Shown one piece after another: positions 48,512-62,459 of a stretch of DNA of 64,000 bases (position 1 is the first letter of the stretch; each line of letters opens with the position of its first letter). The position numbers were made by a program, and so were the translations under genes. This DNA is from Lophium mytilinum (Eukaryota). The DNA lies in assembly GCA_010093605.1 (NCBI GenBank), contig MU004184.1, positions 444,801 through 508,800 of the forward strand, read 5' to 3'. Under the pieces are notes generated by a model that worked only from the letters and a program-made list of their open reading frames with translations, was not told where the DNA came from and did no database searches.

Positions 48512-51500
48512 CTACTCCGCGTCCGCCGTCTCCTCATCCGAATCACTACCCTCCGAATCATCATCATCATCCTCCTCGCTCTCTGGCTCCTCCTCCTCGC
48601 CCTCGAGGGGCTCCAGTCCGTACGCGTCCTGGAAAAAGGACAGCGGCTTGACCTGCGGTCTGAAGCCTGCCTCGGCGAAGTTCTTCTCAAGGCCCTGAAT
48701 CAGGCATTAGCACACATCTTCTAAACCACAACTGCAATCAGCCACTTACCTCCTCCATAATGCTCGCAGCAGTCACCACCACGTCCGCCTTCCCAGGCAG
48801 GAAGACGGGCAGCACAACCTCCGTCAACACCCTCTTGATCTCCGCCTCGCCCACCTCCCGCACTTTCCGCAACATTTCCTCGCTGTAGCCCTTTCCGACG
48901 CCCTTGATGACGTTGTTTACGAAAGACACGGTCGCAGCGCTGCTCATGGTCGGCTGCTCGTCGACAAACTCGACGACGATGGAGCTGATGGCGCCCTCCA
49001 GCGCATGCTTCTCGAACTCGCGCTTCCCGGAGATGAAATCTTCCACCACGCTGCGGGCCGTAGAGTACGCCTTCCATGCGTCTGGAGAACGGTAGACGCG
49101 GAAACGAAGCAAGCCGGTGTCTATGCCGCGGGAGAAGCCGGTGCCGTATGCGAGGCCAGTGCCGCGGACCGAAGTCCAGAGGGGACCTTCGACGGCGTCT
49201 AGGTAAGCAGTGGCGACCATGAGGGCGGGGAGGTCGGGGTGGGTGTAGCTGTTCGGGCCCTTGGTGGTGGCGAGAAGGAATGAGGAGTCAATGGTGGGCA
49301 TGGGGACGATGAAATTGAGCTGGCCAGGGTTGCGGCCGGCGATGCTGAGGACGTCGGCGCGAGAGTCGATGGGATTAAGCACTGGGATTTCCTGGATCGC
49401 AGAGACGAAGGGGTTGAAGGATGATGCAGGAGGATAGGGGAGCTTCCTGACATCAGCGACCACGAGTGCGCGCATGTTTGAAGAATTGAGGAGACTCTTG
49501 CGGAGCTCATGCATTTGTACGATGATTAACCTTGGATGGACTTTCAAACCGTATAAGATGCGCTTGAGATAGAGAGCTTTGACGAGAGTGTTTTGAGCAC
49601 GGTTGGAGGACTTGGGATCGTAATGGATCATGCTATCAACGGCATAGAGCATATCGTTTCCGCTTCGCTTCTCGTCCGGAATATCTGCCAACATCTTGGT
49701 TATAGTTGTTCTCAGTCTCTCTTCGTCGAAGTGGCCGTGGAGCAGCATCAGCTCGAGCCATTTGATCATCGTTTGATACTTCTGGGGTTCGACGACGAAC
49801 TTTATTCGAAGCAGCTCCGAATTGCCGATATTCGCTCCCGTTTCGATCTGGAAAGACACAGTGTCTTGCTCCAATTCCGTGACAACCTTTTCAAACTCAA
49901 CCGTCTCGCCATCGCGATTGATGGGAGTGCCGAAGAAATTCGCCAGGAACACCGACAGCAGTGGCTTCAATTTTAGTGGCACCTTCTGAGTATTCAGAAC
50001 CAGAGAGAAGTGCACAAAGTTGGTCGGAATGTGTTCGAAGTGGATGAAAAAGTTCTGGCTACCGGCATCCTTGTCGATGATACGCTGTATTTCGTTGACG
50101 GGGATATCCAGATTGCTTGCATACCCGGATCGTGCGGTGATAGTCTCGAAGAAGTGGATCGAGTCGGTGCCGGGTATTTCAAATTGCTCCAATACTTCTT
50201 TCGGCATAGGCTTGTCGTTCTCCTCCTTTGCGTGTTCCAGCTTCTTAGCCAGTTCTTTCAGTCCGTCTTCGCCAAGCTTCTCCTGCTGTGCTTTGACTCT
50301 AGCTTTCTCGTCTACTTTGAGTTTCTTCGAGAGGCTTGCCGATGGCTTGCCGAGGATCGAAATATGGTGAGCATGCGAAAGCCAATGTCCCATGAAGATG
50401 CGCCATTGCTCATCCGTCCATTCTTCAAGGTCTTCGTAGAGCTTCAAGTTCGCCAGCGACGCATAGAGGTCAGACCCGTCGCGATTCCCGAATAGGTGGT
50501 CCTCAATAATGGGATCGGCGAAGACCTCGTTGGAAGATTCTGTGTGAAACATGACTCGTCGCTTGAACCGGTGCAGACAGTCCTTTAAGTAAGGCATGTC
50601 CAGAGGCTGCGATGACGTGAGCTTCAGAATCTCGAAGAATCTTTTCTCAACCTCTTCAAGCTTCTCGGTGGCCACACTACTCAAAGAAAACCAAATGACT
50701 GTATCTGGCCGATTGTCGACTTGGGTATAAATACCGCTTGTGGCGTTCTCCTTCTCAACAAGAGTGTTGACCAGGACCGAGACTGTCGAATCGGACAAGT
50801 ATGAAAGCAAGACGTCCATCGCGGCCCCTACCCAGTGTCAGTATTTCCCAACGTCTCTGGAAGGTGAACAACATACCGGATATCATATCAAGGCAAGGGG
50901 GGCCAAAGAATGCTATCATGATCTCGCCCATCGACTCATCGTCCTCAGGAAATTCGACAGTATCGATGATCGTCTCCTGAAGCGCTTGCGGCTGTTTTGG
51001 TTCGACCCAGGGTCTCTTAAATGGGGCATCCGGCGGTGGTATCGCGTCCATGATACTTTCCTCGAAGTCATCGAGTATGTCAATAAGCTGAACGTGGTCG
51101 ACCTCGCCGATCAAGACAAGTCTGAGGTTCTTAGGCTGATACATCTCGCGGTGGAAATCGCGAATGCGCTGGGCGGTGAGGACTCGCAGTTGCTCCATCA
51201 TTCCGCCGGTTTCGTAGCGGAAGCCAACACCTTCTGGATATAGGAGGCGACGCGCTCGGAGATCCATGAGTTCGCCTTGGTTGTTCTGCACGCCTTGCAT
51301 CTCTGAATAGACAACGCTGTGATGGTATCAGCAACCTGAGATTTATAAAGGAAGTGAGGTCGACTTACCCAGCATCTTGTCCCTCTCCATCAATGTGATG
51401 GACCTCAGTATAGCAGCCCTCGTCAGTCAGTGTTGGGAGAATAACATGATCCAAGTAGACCGGCACTAGTGAACTTTGTCAGCAAATTCGCAACACTGGG

Positions 51501-51879
51501 GGAATTTCGGTGTCCTACGGATCTGGGCAAAGCCTTCCCAGCCAGCGGTATCCAAGGTGTATGCGGTATGATCAGTGGCTGTCCAAGCGTTGGTGTTTGA
51601 GTAGGACCGAGTTGCGAGTCTATCCAGAACGCCTTTGTAGGGATAGCTCCGAGAACCCATGAAGCAAAGATGCTCTAGGGTATGCGGGGCGCCAGAGTCA
51701 TCGTGAATCTCAGTTGCGAGGGCGAAGTAACCTTGGACCTTGGGTCCTTTGCGATCGCAAACAGTCACACGCATACCAGTGCGTTCGGATTCATACTGAG
51801 TGAACTCGGCGAGGGTGTAATCGGCCTTGAAGTTCTGGATTTTCTTGAAATGGGTCTTCTTCGCCGAAGCTGCAGGCAT
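48512..51879 (-). CDS. M16 (insulinase-family) zinc metallopeptidase; introns ~51518-51466, 51368-51317, 50876-50828, 48749-48695
   Basis: Inverted zinc motif HTLEH (DDSGAPHTLEHLCFMGS), TNAWTATDHTAY, RGTGLAYG; acidic tail. Confidence 0.92.
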
Positions 51880-52773
51880 GTTTGCTGGAGTGTCGACGAC
51901 TCGGGCGTCGATGAGAAAGCACAGGACCCAAAGGAGATTCTGGCGGCGAACGGACGATTAGTATGAAGAGCCCACAAGTTTAGAATCCAGGTGCGAAAAC
52001 ATAGACAGCAAGCATAGTTCCAGCTTGGATCCAAATAATATGCAAGAAGAATGAAGCTGACGCTGGAACACATATGATCTTGGAGGGGAAAGAGGCAAAA
52101 TTGAGGCAAGCTGGAAGATGAAGGCAGTAAAAGCGTAACGCAGGCCTTCTTCTTACCAGAGTGACTGCGAGGCGACCAGTAGAAGGAGCGGCTGAGATAT
52201 CTATGGAAGAGGGAGCAGCCGAGACGGGGGTCACTGGATAGGTTAGCCAGAGTCGGGTAAGGCTGGGTAGGTATCGCTGCGGGTGGATTATTCTCTCCCC
52301 AACAGCAGTGCACGATTTGAGAAAAGAAAGGCTAGACATACACTGTGTTCTGAAACCCTAGACTCGCCGCCGCTCTGATTCGTGAATTCGTGGTGCAGAG
52401 GAAGATTTGGCGGCCTGGTGCAGATGACGCCGCGGGGAAGTGCGTGGTGGAGCTGCCCTGTTCCGCCTATGCTGCAGGCAGAACTATCCCCCTTTCAGAA
52501 TTCTGTACAACACCACAATACTGCATATGCGCACCGTAACACGTGTGGCTTTCCAGTACACAATACTAGAGCCTTCATCGCGAGTCTGTTGATTCTGGTT
52601 CACCTCGACAGTACAGTATTTCTCTACTGTGACGTGTCGTGGGCCAATGATTGAATGTGTGGCAGAAGGTGCAGTCTAGCGTCACTGCCATACCCATGAC
52701 ACGGCAGCATCGCCAACTTTCCAACAACGCGTGAACTCACCTCTAATGACTATCTACACCACCAACAATCGTT

Positions 52774-55490
52774 ATGCCTTCTCAAATCTCCGACGAGGCC
52801 CTCGGGAGCGTCATCCTTCACTCTGTGACCTACAGCTCCTACCCCGAATCTGAAGATGTGGCCTCAGCAGAGCTCCCGCCCTCCGCGCTTCCCCATCTTC
52901 AAAAAGTGCTTGAGGAAGCCAGAGAGGATGTAAAGGTGCAGACATACCCTCATCCAGCCCCTAGTACTGAACAAAGACTCACTGATTGGATCAGAAAGAC
53001 ATCCGCGTCGTCAGTCGTGAAGCCGCCCCAGACATCGACGGATGGATTGCCCAAGCCAAGCTGCTGCAAGCCGACATACAGCGCTCCAAGGCAACCGCCC
53101 GCGCTATTGTACAAGCCGCTGAGGAGGGCAAGAAAGAGGCTGCAAAGGCTCATGATGCTGGAGCCAAAGTGGTGCTGCTGGAGAGCGAGCTGGTGTTCAA
53201 CGAGACGCTGGTCAATATCGTCGAGCAGATGAAGCACATTTCGGCCCAGTTAGAAGCTGCACAGGACGATGCTGTGCAAAGCCGGGTCTCACAGGCATTG
53301 GATAAACTTAGGGGGATAGAAGAGATCATGAAGGGGCTTGGAAGTTTTTCGGATACCAGAGTTGTTGGATTGCTGCAGAGCAAAGCGACTATTCTACGGA
53401 GAGCAATTACGGAGAACGCTACCGAGTGTTGGAACGCACTGCTGGTTGCTGATCCGAGTGCCAGGAAGATTACAATCAAGGACAAAATTCAGCGTGCGTG
53501 ATCTTCCTACCATTGTTCGATTTTAGCTAATTTCTGGGCAGGAGAGACTCTCATAAGCATCGACATGGTCGTCGAAGTACTCAAGAAACTCCGGCTCTTC
53601 GACACTGCTGTTGGCAGACTCGCCATGGCCTTTGAAAGCATCATCATATCTCCTCGCTTGTCCATTACCAGAGATCCGGGGGTTCTACAAATCGTGATCG
53701 ACGAGGATGACATCCAAGCCAAGGGACTGATCAAGTCAATGAGCGTGCACTCAGCACTGGAAGACATCCAACGTGTCGCCGAGTACCTCAGCACCCGATT
53801 ACCCGCCTCCATAGCAGTCCCTCTGTCCGCAAAGCTAGTACCAGTATTCGCGACTAAACTTATCAACAATTGGCTGGTACCTGCCATTCCTCTACACCTG
53901 AAGGACATACCAGCTTTCCAAGAAACCCTCTCCCTTGTACTCGGACTGGCAGAGTATCTTGATGAGTTGACATGGTCCGGCCAATCCCAGCTTGTAGAAT
54001 GGGTTGACCGTTCCGCCGAACTGTGGCTCACGAAACGTAAAGAGGCGACGATTGCCGGAATCCGGCGTGTCTGTTTCAAAGGCGTCCATACGACACACAC
54101 CGTGGAGCGGGTTGAGACTCAGGTAGTGTCGAAGTCTGACAGCATCATCAAGGGCAGCGAAGCGCAAGATGACGATTGGGGAGCAGAGTGGGGCGACGAG
54201 GACACCGCCACAGAAGAATCCAAGACGGCTGAACCTGTCGAGGAGGAAGATGTGAGTGCGTGGGGTGTTGACGATGATACCGAGGAGGAGCCTCCCAAGA
54301 CAGAACCCAAAGAAGCAGCTGAAGCTGGAGAAGACGAAGCCGACGCCTGGGGATGGGACGATGAAGTCACCCAAGCTGCACACACTGATTCCAGCCCAAA
54401 GCTGACGAAATCGACCAAGGTCAACGGCGCATCGCAACCGCAGCAACCTGTCTCACGAGAAATCACCCTTAAGGAGACCTATGTCGTGACCTCGATTCCG
54501 GATGCGATTCTCGAAATCATCAACCAGGTCTTGTCTGACGTAGATGCTCTTGCCAGACCACCGTAAGGTCCCCTTGTCTTCTCACAATACAATGCTAACA
54601 ATCCTAGCCTCTCCAGTACCGCCATTGCCCCTGCAGGGCCAGGCCTTTACGCCATGCCCTCCCTCGCGCTCGCCATGTACCGTGCGACCGCATCAACCCA
54701 CTACCAGTCCTTAGCAGCTGGCAACATGCTCATCTACAACGACTGCAGGCGTCTCTCCTCCCAACTCTCCAACCTCCTCACCTCCCTCCCCTCTTCCCCA
54801 AATCCAATAGGACCCAGCACTCCACCTCACCTCCATCCAACCTTACTCGCCCCGCTCCGCCTAAGTATCGAAAGCTCCATAAAGAAAACCGACTCCCTCG
54901 CCCACCGCGCCTACGGCCGCGAAATGGACGCACAACGCACCATCCTGCGCGACCTCCTCGACGGCGCACAAGGCTTCGGCAGCTGTACTATCGCCCCCTT
55001 CGCAAGTGAATGCGCCAACGCCATCACCATGACCGTCGACCGCATCCGAGAAGTCGCTGCTATCTGGAAAGTCGTGCTCAGCCGCAGCGTCCGCCTGCAA
55101 TCCCTCGGCAGCCTCCTCTCGACCGCCATCACGAAAGTCATCACCGAGATCGAGGAACTGCCCGATATACCGGAGGAAGAGTCGCGGAAGCTGCGCGGGT
55201 TCTGCGTGCAGCTGGGTGAGCTCTCGAGCTTGTTTATTGCGGATGACGAGGGGGCTGGTGGGCAGGGGGATGGTCAGCAGAGAGATTTGACGTCTATTTA
55301 CACGCCTAATTGGTTCAAGTTTCAGTATCTTGCTGAGATTTTGGATGCGTCGCTTGCGGATATTAAGTACTTTTGGCAGGAGGGCGAGTTGAGGTTGGAG
55401 ATGGAAAAGGAAGAGGTTGTGGATCTTATCAAGGCGCTTTTTGCGGACTCGGAGCATCGGAGGAGAGCGATTCAGGATATCAGGCGGTAG
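52774..55490 (+). CDS. ZW10/Dsl1 family tethering protein; introns 52936-52994, 53494-53541, 54563-54607
   Basis: Acidic Trp motifs (DDDWGAEWGDE, AWGVDDD, DAWGWDDE); C-terminal W.KFQYL.EILDASL.DI...LIKALFADS..R. Confidence 0.85.
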
Positions 55491-56830
55491 ATGGGAATGG
55501 CTGTGGTGGGCGGATGGCGCTGTAGAATCAGTGTATGAGGGTGACTAATGAGTAATGAACTTCGTTTTGGTTATGAGGTTTGTAATATCATGTCGAGCTC
55601 GTTGATAGCGAGTTGGTCTGCTATCTTTATTGGCATCTTGAGGGTAGTTTATACTCTTATTTTATTCCCACCTCTAATTCCTTCTTCTCCGAACTTTCCT
55701 CAACGCCACGATTTAAATGTCTAGTCTACCACAGTCATAAGTACCTCAAACTACCACAAGGTTCCGACCCGGGAGTCACCACAGTCGCGTGGTATGTACT
55801 TTACGTTTCCTCCATATTGTGTCTCTCAGACCTCCTACAGCGCCTCAAGCATCACGAGGGTGTCAGAGGATTCGCCCGGCCGATGTCGTTCAGAAATCGG
55901 AAGCAATCTCCACTGAATTTCTGAACAAGAGGAGAAGACCGCGTCCGCATCACGTATCAATAGAAATGGAATCCCACCCTTCATATACTTAATAAGCTAA
56001 GGGACCTCTTCTAGCGGTAGGAAGCTGGAAAGACGAATAGATGAGGGAGGCGTTCGAGTCACGTGATGTCGCGTTTAATAGATCCTGTTCCCAATCTTTT
56101 GGCTTGGAACTACGCGTTTCCGGTTCAGTAGAGCCTATCGAGAGACCTCAAGTAGTGCTGTTATGTTGCATGCACTTCTAGCGTACCACGTGGGGCTCGG
56201 GATCTAAATAGAGGTTAGAGAGCATTGCGCAGCGCCATCACAGGGTAACGGCGCTGTCCTGTCGTACATACTTAGCTAGAAGAACTACGCATTTCAAATT
56301 ATTGGGAATGCATGGAAGGACTTCAAAAAGCGGCATCGAGAAGTGTACACTCTTCGGCCTCAAAATTGGGAATAGTACATCGAGTGACCTCTCGTAGCGC
56401 TCTGAGAAGCTGAGAATTTTTGAGATGTACTACTTTTCAGGTTGTTTTGCGACGTAGAAGCTGCTATAGTGTATTAAAATTCAATTCAAATGCTATGTTC
56501 TTTTCCAAGTTCTTGGATATTTTGGATGAGACCTAACTCAAACAGAAACGTGCCTTATTGTGAATGTGAAGCGGAATGCGAATGTGAATATGTCTGACTT
56601 CAAGATGTACTCACGCTTCGAGATTTCTAAGTAGTTTGAAAACAGGAGCTTGATAGCCTGATGCAAGTATCAACGAGAGGAAAGAAAAACTTCCAAGCAC
56701 AAACCAAAACAGCGTAAATCTGGCGCATCACAAGTTTCTCACCGGCAAACCTGCGTCCAGCCACCCATTAACACACGTCCCAACCAACCCCTCAACGCCC
56801 CTTATCCACTCACATCACCCAGATTATCCC

Positions 56831-57647
56831 TCAAAGCCCAACCATCCGCCTCCACCCCACATTATTCACAATCCTCCCCTCCCCCTCCACCCCCCTCCCC
56901 TCCAACGCCTCCCCCTTCGACAACGCCAACTCCGTCAACACCTTCCCCAACTCCCTCGACGGCGCATGCAAACTCGGATACAGCGCCTTGACCCCCACCA
57001 ACACAGGCTTCTGCCACATCGGCTGCGGCGACGCGAACCCCTGAATCTCGGTATGCTCCCCGGGGTCCACGCCGCCGGGCCTGACGCTGTAGGGGCGGAG
57101 ATTCGGGTGCGTGGCGTTGAGCGCGAGGAGGGCGGACTCGGCTTGCCCCTTGATCTTGCCGAAGAAGGAGGTGAGCATGCCGGGGGATGTGGTGGCGCCC
57201 TCGCCGGAGACGTAGACGAAGGTGAAGGGGGTGGTGGGGTGCAGGGTGCAGAAGGCGGTGGCGGCGGCGAGGGGGTAGTCGATTGTGATTTTGATGTAAT
57301 CCCTGTATCCGGGGAATGAACAAGTTAGCTTGTTGTTTTCTTGGAAGGTTTGATTCTTGAGGGGAGGCCTAGAGGATGGAGGATGCGTACGGTTTCGAAA
57401 CTTTCATGGCTGAGATTCCCTGTGCCCAAACGCAGCCTTGGGCGTCTTTGAGCTGGCCGAGGAGCTCGGGAGGATAGGTTTCGAAGTCCTTGTGGATTAT
57501 GACTTGGGCTTTGTCTTCGTGGCCTTGGATCATGGGGACGGGACGGCGGCTGAGGATGGAGATCTTGGTGACGGATTCCATTGTGAGCATGTTCTGGAGG
57601 ACGGCGGAGCCGACGAGGCCGGTTGCGCCTGTGAGGATAAGATGCAT
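56831..57647 (-). CDS. NAD(P)-binding Rossmann-fold protein (atypical SDR/epimerase-like); intron 57390-57303
   Basis: MHLILTGATGLVGS, FVYVSGEGA, KIKGQAE, VRPGGV. Confidence 0.88.
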
Positions 57648-58351
57648 TGTGGAAGGGCTATATGAGTGAGTAGCTGATAGCTGGTACTTATTGTGAGGGT
57701 AGTTAGTTGAGGTAGCTGTCGTCTTATGGTGTTGCTATGGGCGAATAGCGGAGGAGACGTTCGAGATTAACTCCGGAGTCTGACACTTTTCATAAGCACG
57801 AGGAGATACGATGCTCTATGGATTTATAGCCGCCTCGAGTAACCGGCGGGCGTATGAGTTCGTCCGTAATGGAGGTCTTAGTAACCGCAAGGGTTGTACT
57901 TCTTACAGAGGTATGGAGTGCTGTCGTGCAGGAGTAACTCGCAGGGCTAAAACCTCCGGCGCTTTGACATCCCCACTCCTCTCCATCGTCCAGCATATAT
58001 GAGCTCGAATAAGAAGGCGATGATGGATGATGGCCGCCTCACATCAGACAATAGAACCTCGTCTTAACACTCGCAGCTATGGATGATCCTTCCCCCGGAG
58101 AGCCGGAGCCAGGGCCAGTCACCTGTTTCTGGCCTTGCCATGAACCCTGCGACGGCAGGACGGGACGACGTATACGCGTTTTGCATCGCCACGAAAAACT
58201 TTCCAATTCGGCTTTTACCCTTTCTCAGATAATTCTTGCTATGTTTTCTTCCTTCTTTTTTCTGTAGTGCTATTCAGTTACCTATCTCTTCAAGATACGA
58301 ACCTTCAACCCTAAATATTCATTTTGTACATCTTCCCATACTTGAACAACA

Positions 58352-60083
58352 ATGTCAGCAGCCGAGCGGGTACTAACGGATCCAATATTCGTTTTGAAGA
58401 TTCTCAAAACACTATCGTCAATGAAATATAAGGTTAAAAGACAATTCGCCCCAGAGACCCCGGTGGAATGGCTCGAATTTCGCCCCACACTCGTCCCAAG
58501 CATCCTCGTCTCTCGATTATGGGCTAACGAAGGCACATCTGTGCTCTGGGAGAACTATCCGCATCTTCTTGCCATGGCTGACATGCCGGTGAACCGAAAA
58601 CAACATTATGCCAACAAGGTCCATAAAATATTCATCATGAGCCCGCTGCCCGGAAGTCCTATCTCTTTGGAACATCTTAGGGATCTGCAGTGGCCATTAT
58701 TGGAGAGTCTGGAAATGGACATAGACTTTGCAAGACATGGGGAGCAGATCAGAAGTATGATGGGTCCGACTTTGAAGCATCTGGAACTCTCGGGATACCA
58801 GAGCGAGGGGGCCGAGTATTTCGGGCAATTTGTTCTACCCACAATATTTGTAAGTAGCAAGACAGGCACCTCCTGCCTCTTCAGAGGTTATGTGATATTG
58901 ATTTTATGGCTGAGCTCGAGAATAGGGCCTCTGTGCCTCCCTCGAAAGCATCCGCTTTGGTCCGGCCCCAATCAGCCCTGAAGACCGTCTCCCTTCAAGC
59001 TGGCTTGAAGAAAACATGTATTCAGTTCCAAGCATCACCTCTATCGCCCTACACACCACCCGCTTCACGTATACTACACCCCTTTTCATGCACTTATCCG
59101 CATACCCCAAGCTGGCATCTTTAGAGATAGAAGTTGAGCCTGGCACTGCCCTTCTCCCGTTCCTCTCGGAGCCTCCTGAGCCAATCTTCACCACTCTCAC
59201 TTCTTTGAACACAATGCTCTACCCTGAAGTGGCTTTGGCCCTCTTGCCACACCTCCACGCACTTGAGAACTTGCAATTGGATATCTGCCGTACTCTAAAT
59301 CACCCCGCTTTAGCTTCAGATATCGTCATCCTTGACGAAGTTCTCAACACGCTGTCCAGTACACCTCATCTTAAGATCCTCAAAATCGGCGTCGGGTCCC
59401 TTTCTCAGGGTTTCCCATCTCTCCCCTCCCCACTCACTCTCAGCGGAACCTCACTCAGACTCTTGCCCATGAGTTGCCCAGACCTAACAGATATCACCAT
59501 TTTCGCCGCCGAGCCAGGCACAATCGACGGGTCCTCGATATCTCCTTCCGACTTCTCCGCCTTTTGCGCTGGTCTGAACCTCCGGAGCCTCTCCCTACAA
59601 CTACACCCCTCAACCACAGGCCACCTTTCATCCACTTTATTGTCCAGTCTAGGCCAATGTCCCCGCCTCACTACTCTCAAAATCGGCGTCATCCTCGATC
59701 TCACCAAACTACCCCCCGAAACGCCCACCTTCCCCAACCTCCTCGAGCTCAGCTTCACACCACCAGAATTCCTCCCGCAGGACCAACCCACGGAAAGCGA
59801 AGAAGCCTATATCCGCCGATTCGGAGCGGGATTAGAGGACCATTTCCCAGAGCTCGAAGTTCTGGAGGCGTGGGGAGGGGAGGAGGAAGATTTGGCGTAT
59901 GTGGAGCCGTTTGAGAACACGCCGGCGAGCGTGTGGGAGTTCTTGACTGGTCAACCACAAGATTTGTGGGATGAAGATGATCTGGAGGAGGGGGAGGAAG
60001 GGTATGAAGAGGCTTTTGGAGAGGCGCTGCCGATGCGGATGGGGCATGGGGGTAGTCCTGATGTTTATAACGAATTCTTATAG
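58352..60083 (+). CDS. RNI-like/LRR hypothetical protein (F-box-like N-terminus possible); intron 58850-58925
   Basis: LVSRLWANEG..VLW motif followed by LxxLxL repeats; the splice joins the two ORFs in frame. Confidence 0.75.
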
Positions 60084-60399
60084 GCTGCAGGTTTGAAGTA
60101 GACGTTCTAGAAATGACATCCTGTTTTCAATTTCCTCGCCCAGTCAAACCACCTCTTACGCCTGCATTACTACAGCAGCGGCATTGCAATATAACAGCAG
60201 TATGCACACTACCCTCCCTCTATCTCCCAATCTATAGGCTCCAGGAATAACATACCTATTTCACGTATGACAGTTTTTGACATGCTATTATCGATTTCCC
60301 CGCCCAGCCAAGCCACTTCTTACGCCAGCATCGATATGGCAAGCGATATTACAGCAGAGCATAGTATGCACCCTACCCTCTTCCTACGCCCTAATATCC

Positions 60400-61650
60400 A
60401 GGCCCTAGAAATGACATACCCAACCTCCGCCCTGCGGTTTTTGACATCCTATCCTCCATTTCCCCACCCAGCTGAGCCACTTCAAACGCCGGTATCACGC
60501 TGGCAATCGGGAATGCGCTTGACTTCAATAGGCACACTATGCTCCCCTAATATCCTAATCTGTACGCTCCAGAAATGACATTCCCAGCCTCCGCCCTACG
60601 ATTTTCAACATTCTATCCTCTAATTTCTCACCACCCTGGGCCGCTTCAGACGCCGGCAGCACGCTAGCAAGAGAGAGTATGCCCTACTCCAATATACATA
60701 CCACCCTCACCCCACGTCTCAATTCCTAGGCCCTAGAAATGACATACCCAACCCCCGCCCTACGGCTTTTAACATCCTATCCTCTATTTTTTCACTCAGC
60801 CAGGGACACCTCTAACGCCGGCAGCACACTAGCAGGAGAGAAAGCAAGTAGTCCAATATACACGCTACACGTATCACGTGCTCTAATATAGGTGTTATAG
60901 AAATTACATCCCTAATCTAGCTATTACGGGTTTTGATATCCCATCCTCCATTTTCTTACCCAGCCGGGCCACCTCTAATACCGGCAGCACTCTAGCAAGA
61001 GAGAGATAAGTCTATACTAATATACACGCTACGCGTACTACGTACTCTAACTTACGTGCTTTAGAAACAACATACCCAATCCAAACACTACAGCTTTCAA
61101 CATCGCGTTTTGGACATCTAGGCCGTGTCGGGCCACCTCTAACAGCGGCAGCACGTTAGTAAAAGAGAGATGGGTATGCTCTAGTATGCATAGCACTGTA
61201 TCTTATGCTCTAAAACACGTGCTCCGGGAATTACATCCCTAATCTAGCTATTACGGCTTTTAACATTCTATTTTAGATTTTCAGACCGTGTTAGGCCACC
61301 TCTAACGGCGGCGGTACACGAGCAAGAGAGAGCTAGATATACTCTAATATACACGCTATACGTATTACATGCTCTAATATACGCGTTGTAGAAATGGCAT
61401 ACCTATTCTAAACACCGCGGTTCGTGACATCGTGTTTTTTGAATATGGAGTATATCAGGCCACCTCTAACAGCAGTATTACTACGCCAACAACACTACAA
61501 TACAGCAACAGTATACACCTATACACGTCTAGTACTCTAATATAGGCAGCGCGGAAATGACATACCCAATCTCCCTATCACAGTTTTTGACATCCCATTC
61601 TCAACTTCCTCGCCCCACCAAGCCCCCTCAAACGCCAGCATCACACCAGC
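60400..61650. repeat. Degenerate tandem array, 164-bp period, ~8 units
   Basis: AGAAATGACATACC-like motif at ~60405, 60569, 60733, 60897, 61061, 61225, 61388, 61551, each followed by CCACCTCTAACGCCGGCAGCAC-like sequence. Confidence 0.85.
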
Positions 61651-61880
61651 AACACACAGCACGAGCCATCACGATACGAAACACATATTCAAGAGAGAGA
61701 GAGAAACCGATTGATTCTCCGAAGGAACTACAGCTGAACCTTCATACCCGGGCCCGACGATTAGTCATTTGCCCACCCTAACACCAAACCCGAAGCCGAC
61801 CCAATGCACCAACCAATGCCGCCAAAACAGACCCAGAAAGCTCCCAGATCCCAGACAGTCAGAAGAAGTCTCAGAAGTCA

Positions 61881-62459
61881 CTAAGCAGCGTTCTCACGCG
61901 CAGCCCGCTCCGCCTCCCCCTCCCGTACGATCTTCTTCCCCAAGTACTCGGTCGTGAACGAACGAGCCAGCACGTCGAGGTCCTGGATGGCGCCTTGGCA
62001 GGCCTTGACGACGGCGTTCTTGGGCGTAATGCTGCCATCAGTGCTGACGCGGAGCTCGAACATCGCGAACAACGGGTGCGGGACCTTGTACGCGGCGAAC
62101 GTGACGCGGTCGTCCTTCAGCAGACGCGCGGTGATGAGGTTGCCCAGCGTGTGATCCTCCTTGTTGAAGGTGAAGGTCACGGTGTTCGGGATGCCTGGGG
62201 ATGGGTGTTAGTCAGGGCCATGCAGATCAGGTGACGCGCGAGAATGTTTTGATGACGTAGTGAGGAGGGTGAGGGCAGACGTGAGGATGCGGGGATGGAT
62301 GGGTGGATGGATGGGCGACTTACGGGTCTCTTCCTTCTGCTCGACCTTCTTCTCGCCCTCGGCGAGCAGGAACGTCTCGAACCTGTCCGGGATGTCAATG
62401 CTGCCCACCTCGTTCAAGGTGTTTTCGTTTGCGTGGACGCCGGGCTGGAACGGAGCCAT
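61881..62459 (-). CDS. RPB11: RNA polymerase II subunit RPB11; intron 62323-62195 (alternative start 62540)
   Basis: PDRFETFLL, FNKEDHTLGNL, FAAYKVPHPL, TDGSITPK. Confidence 0.93.
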
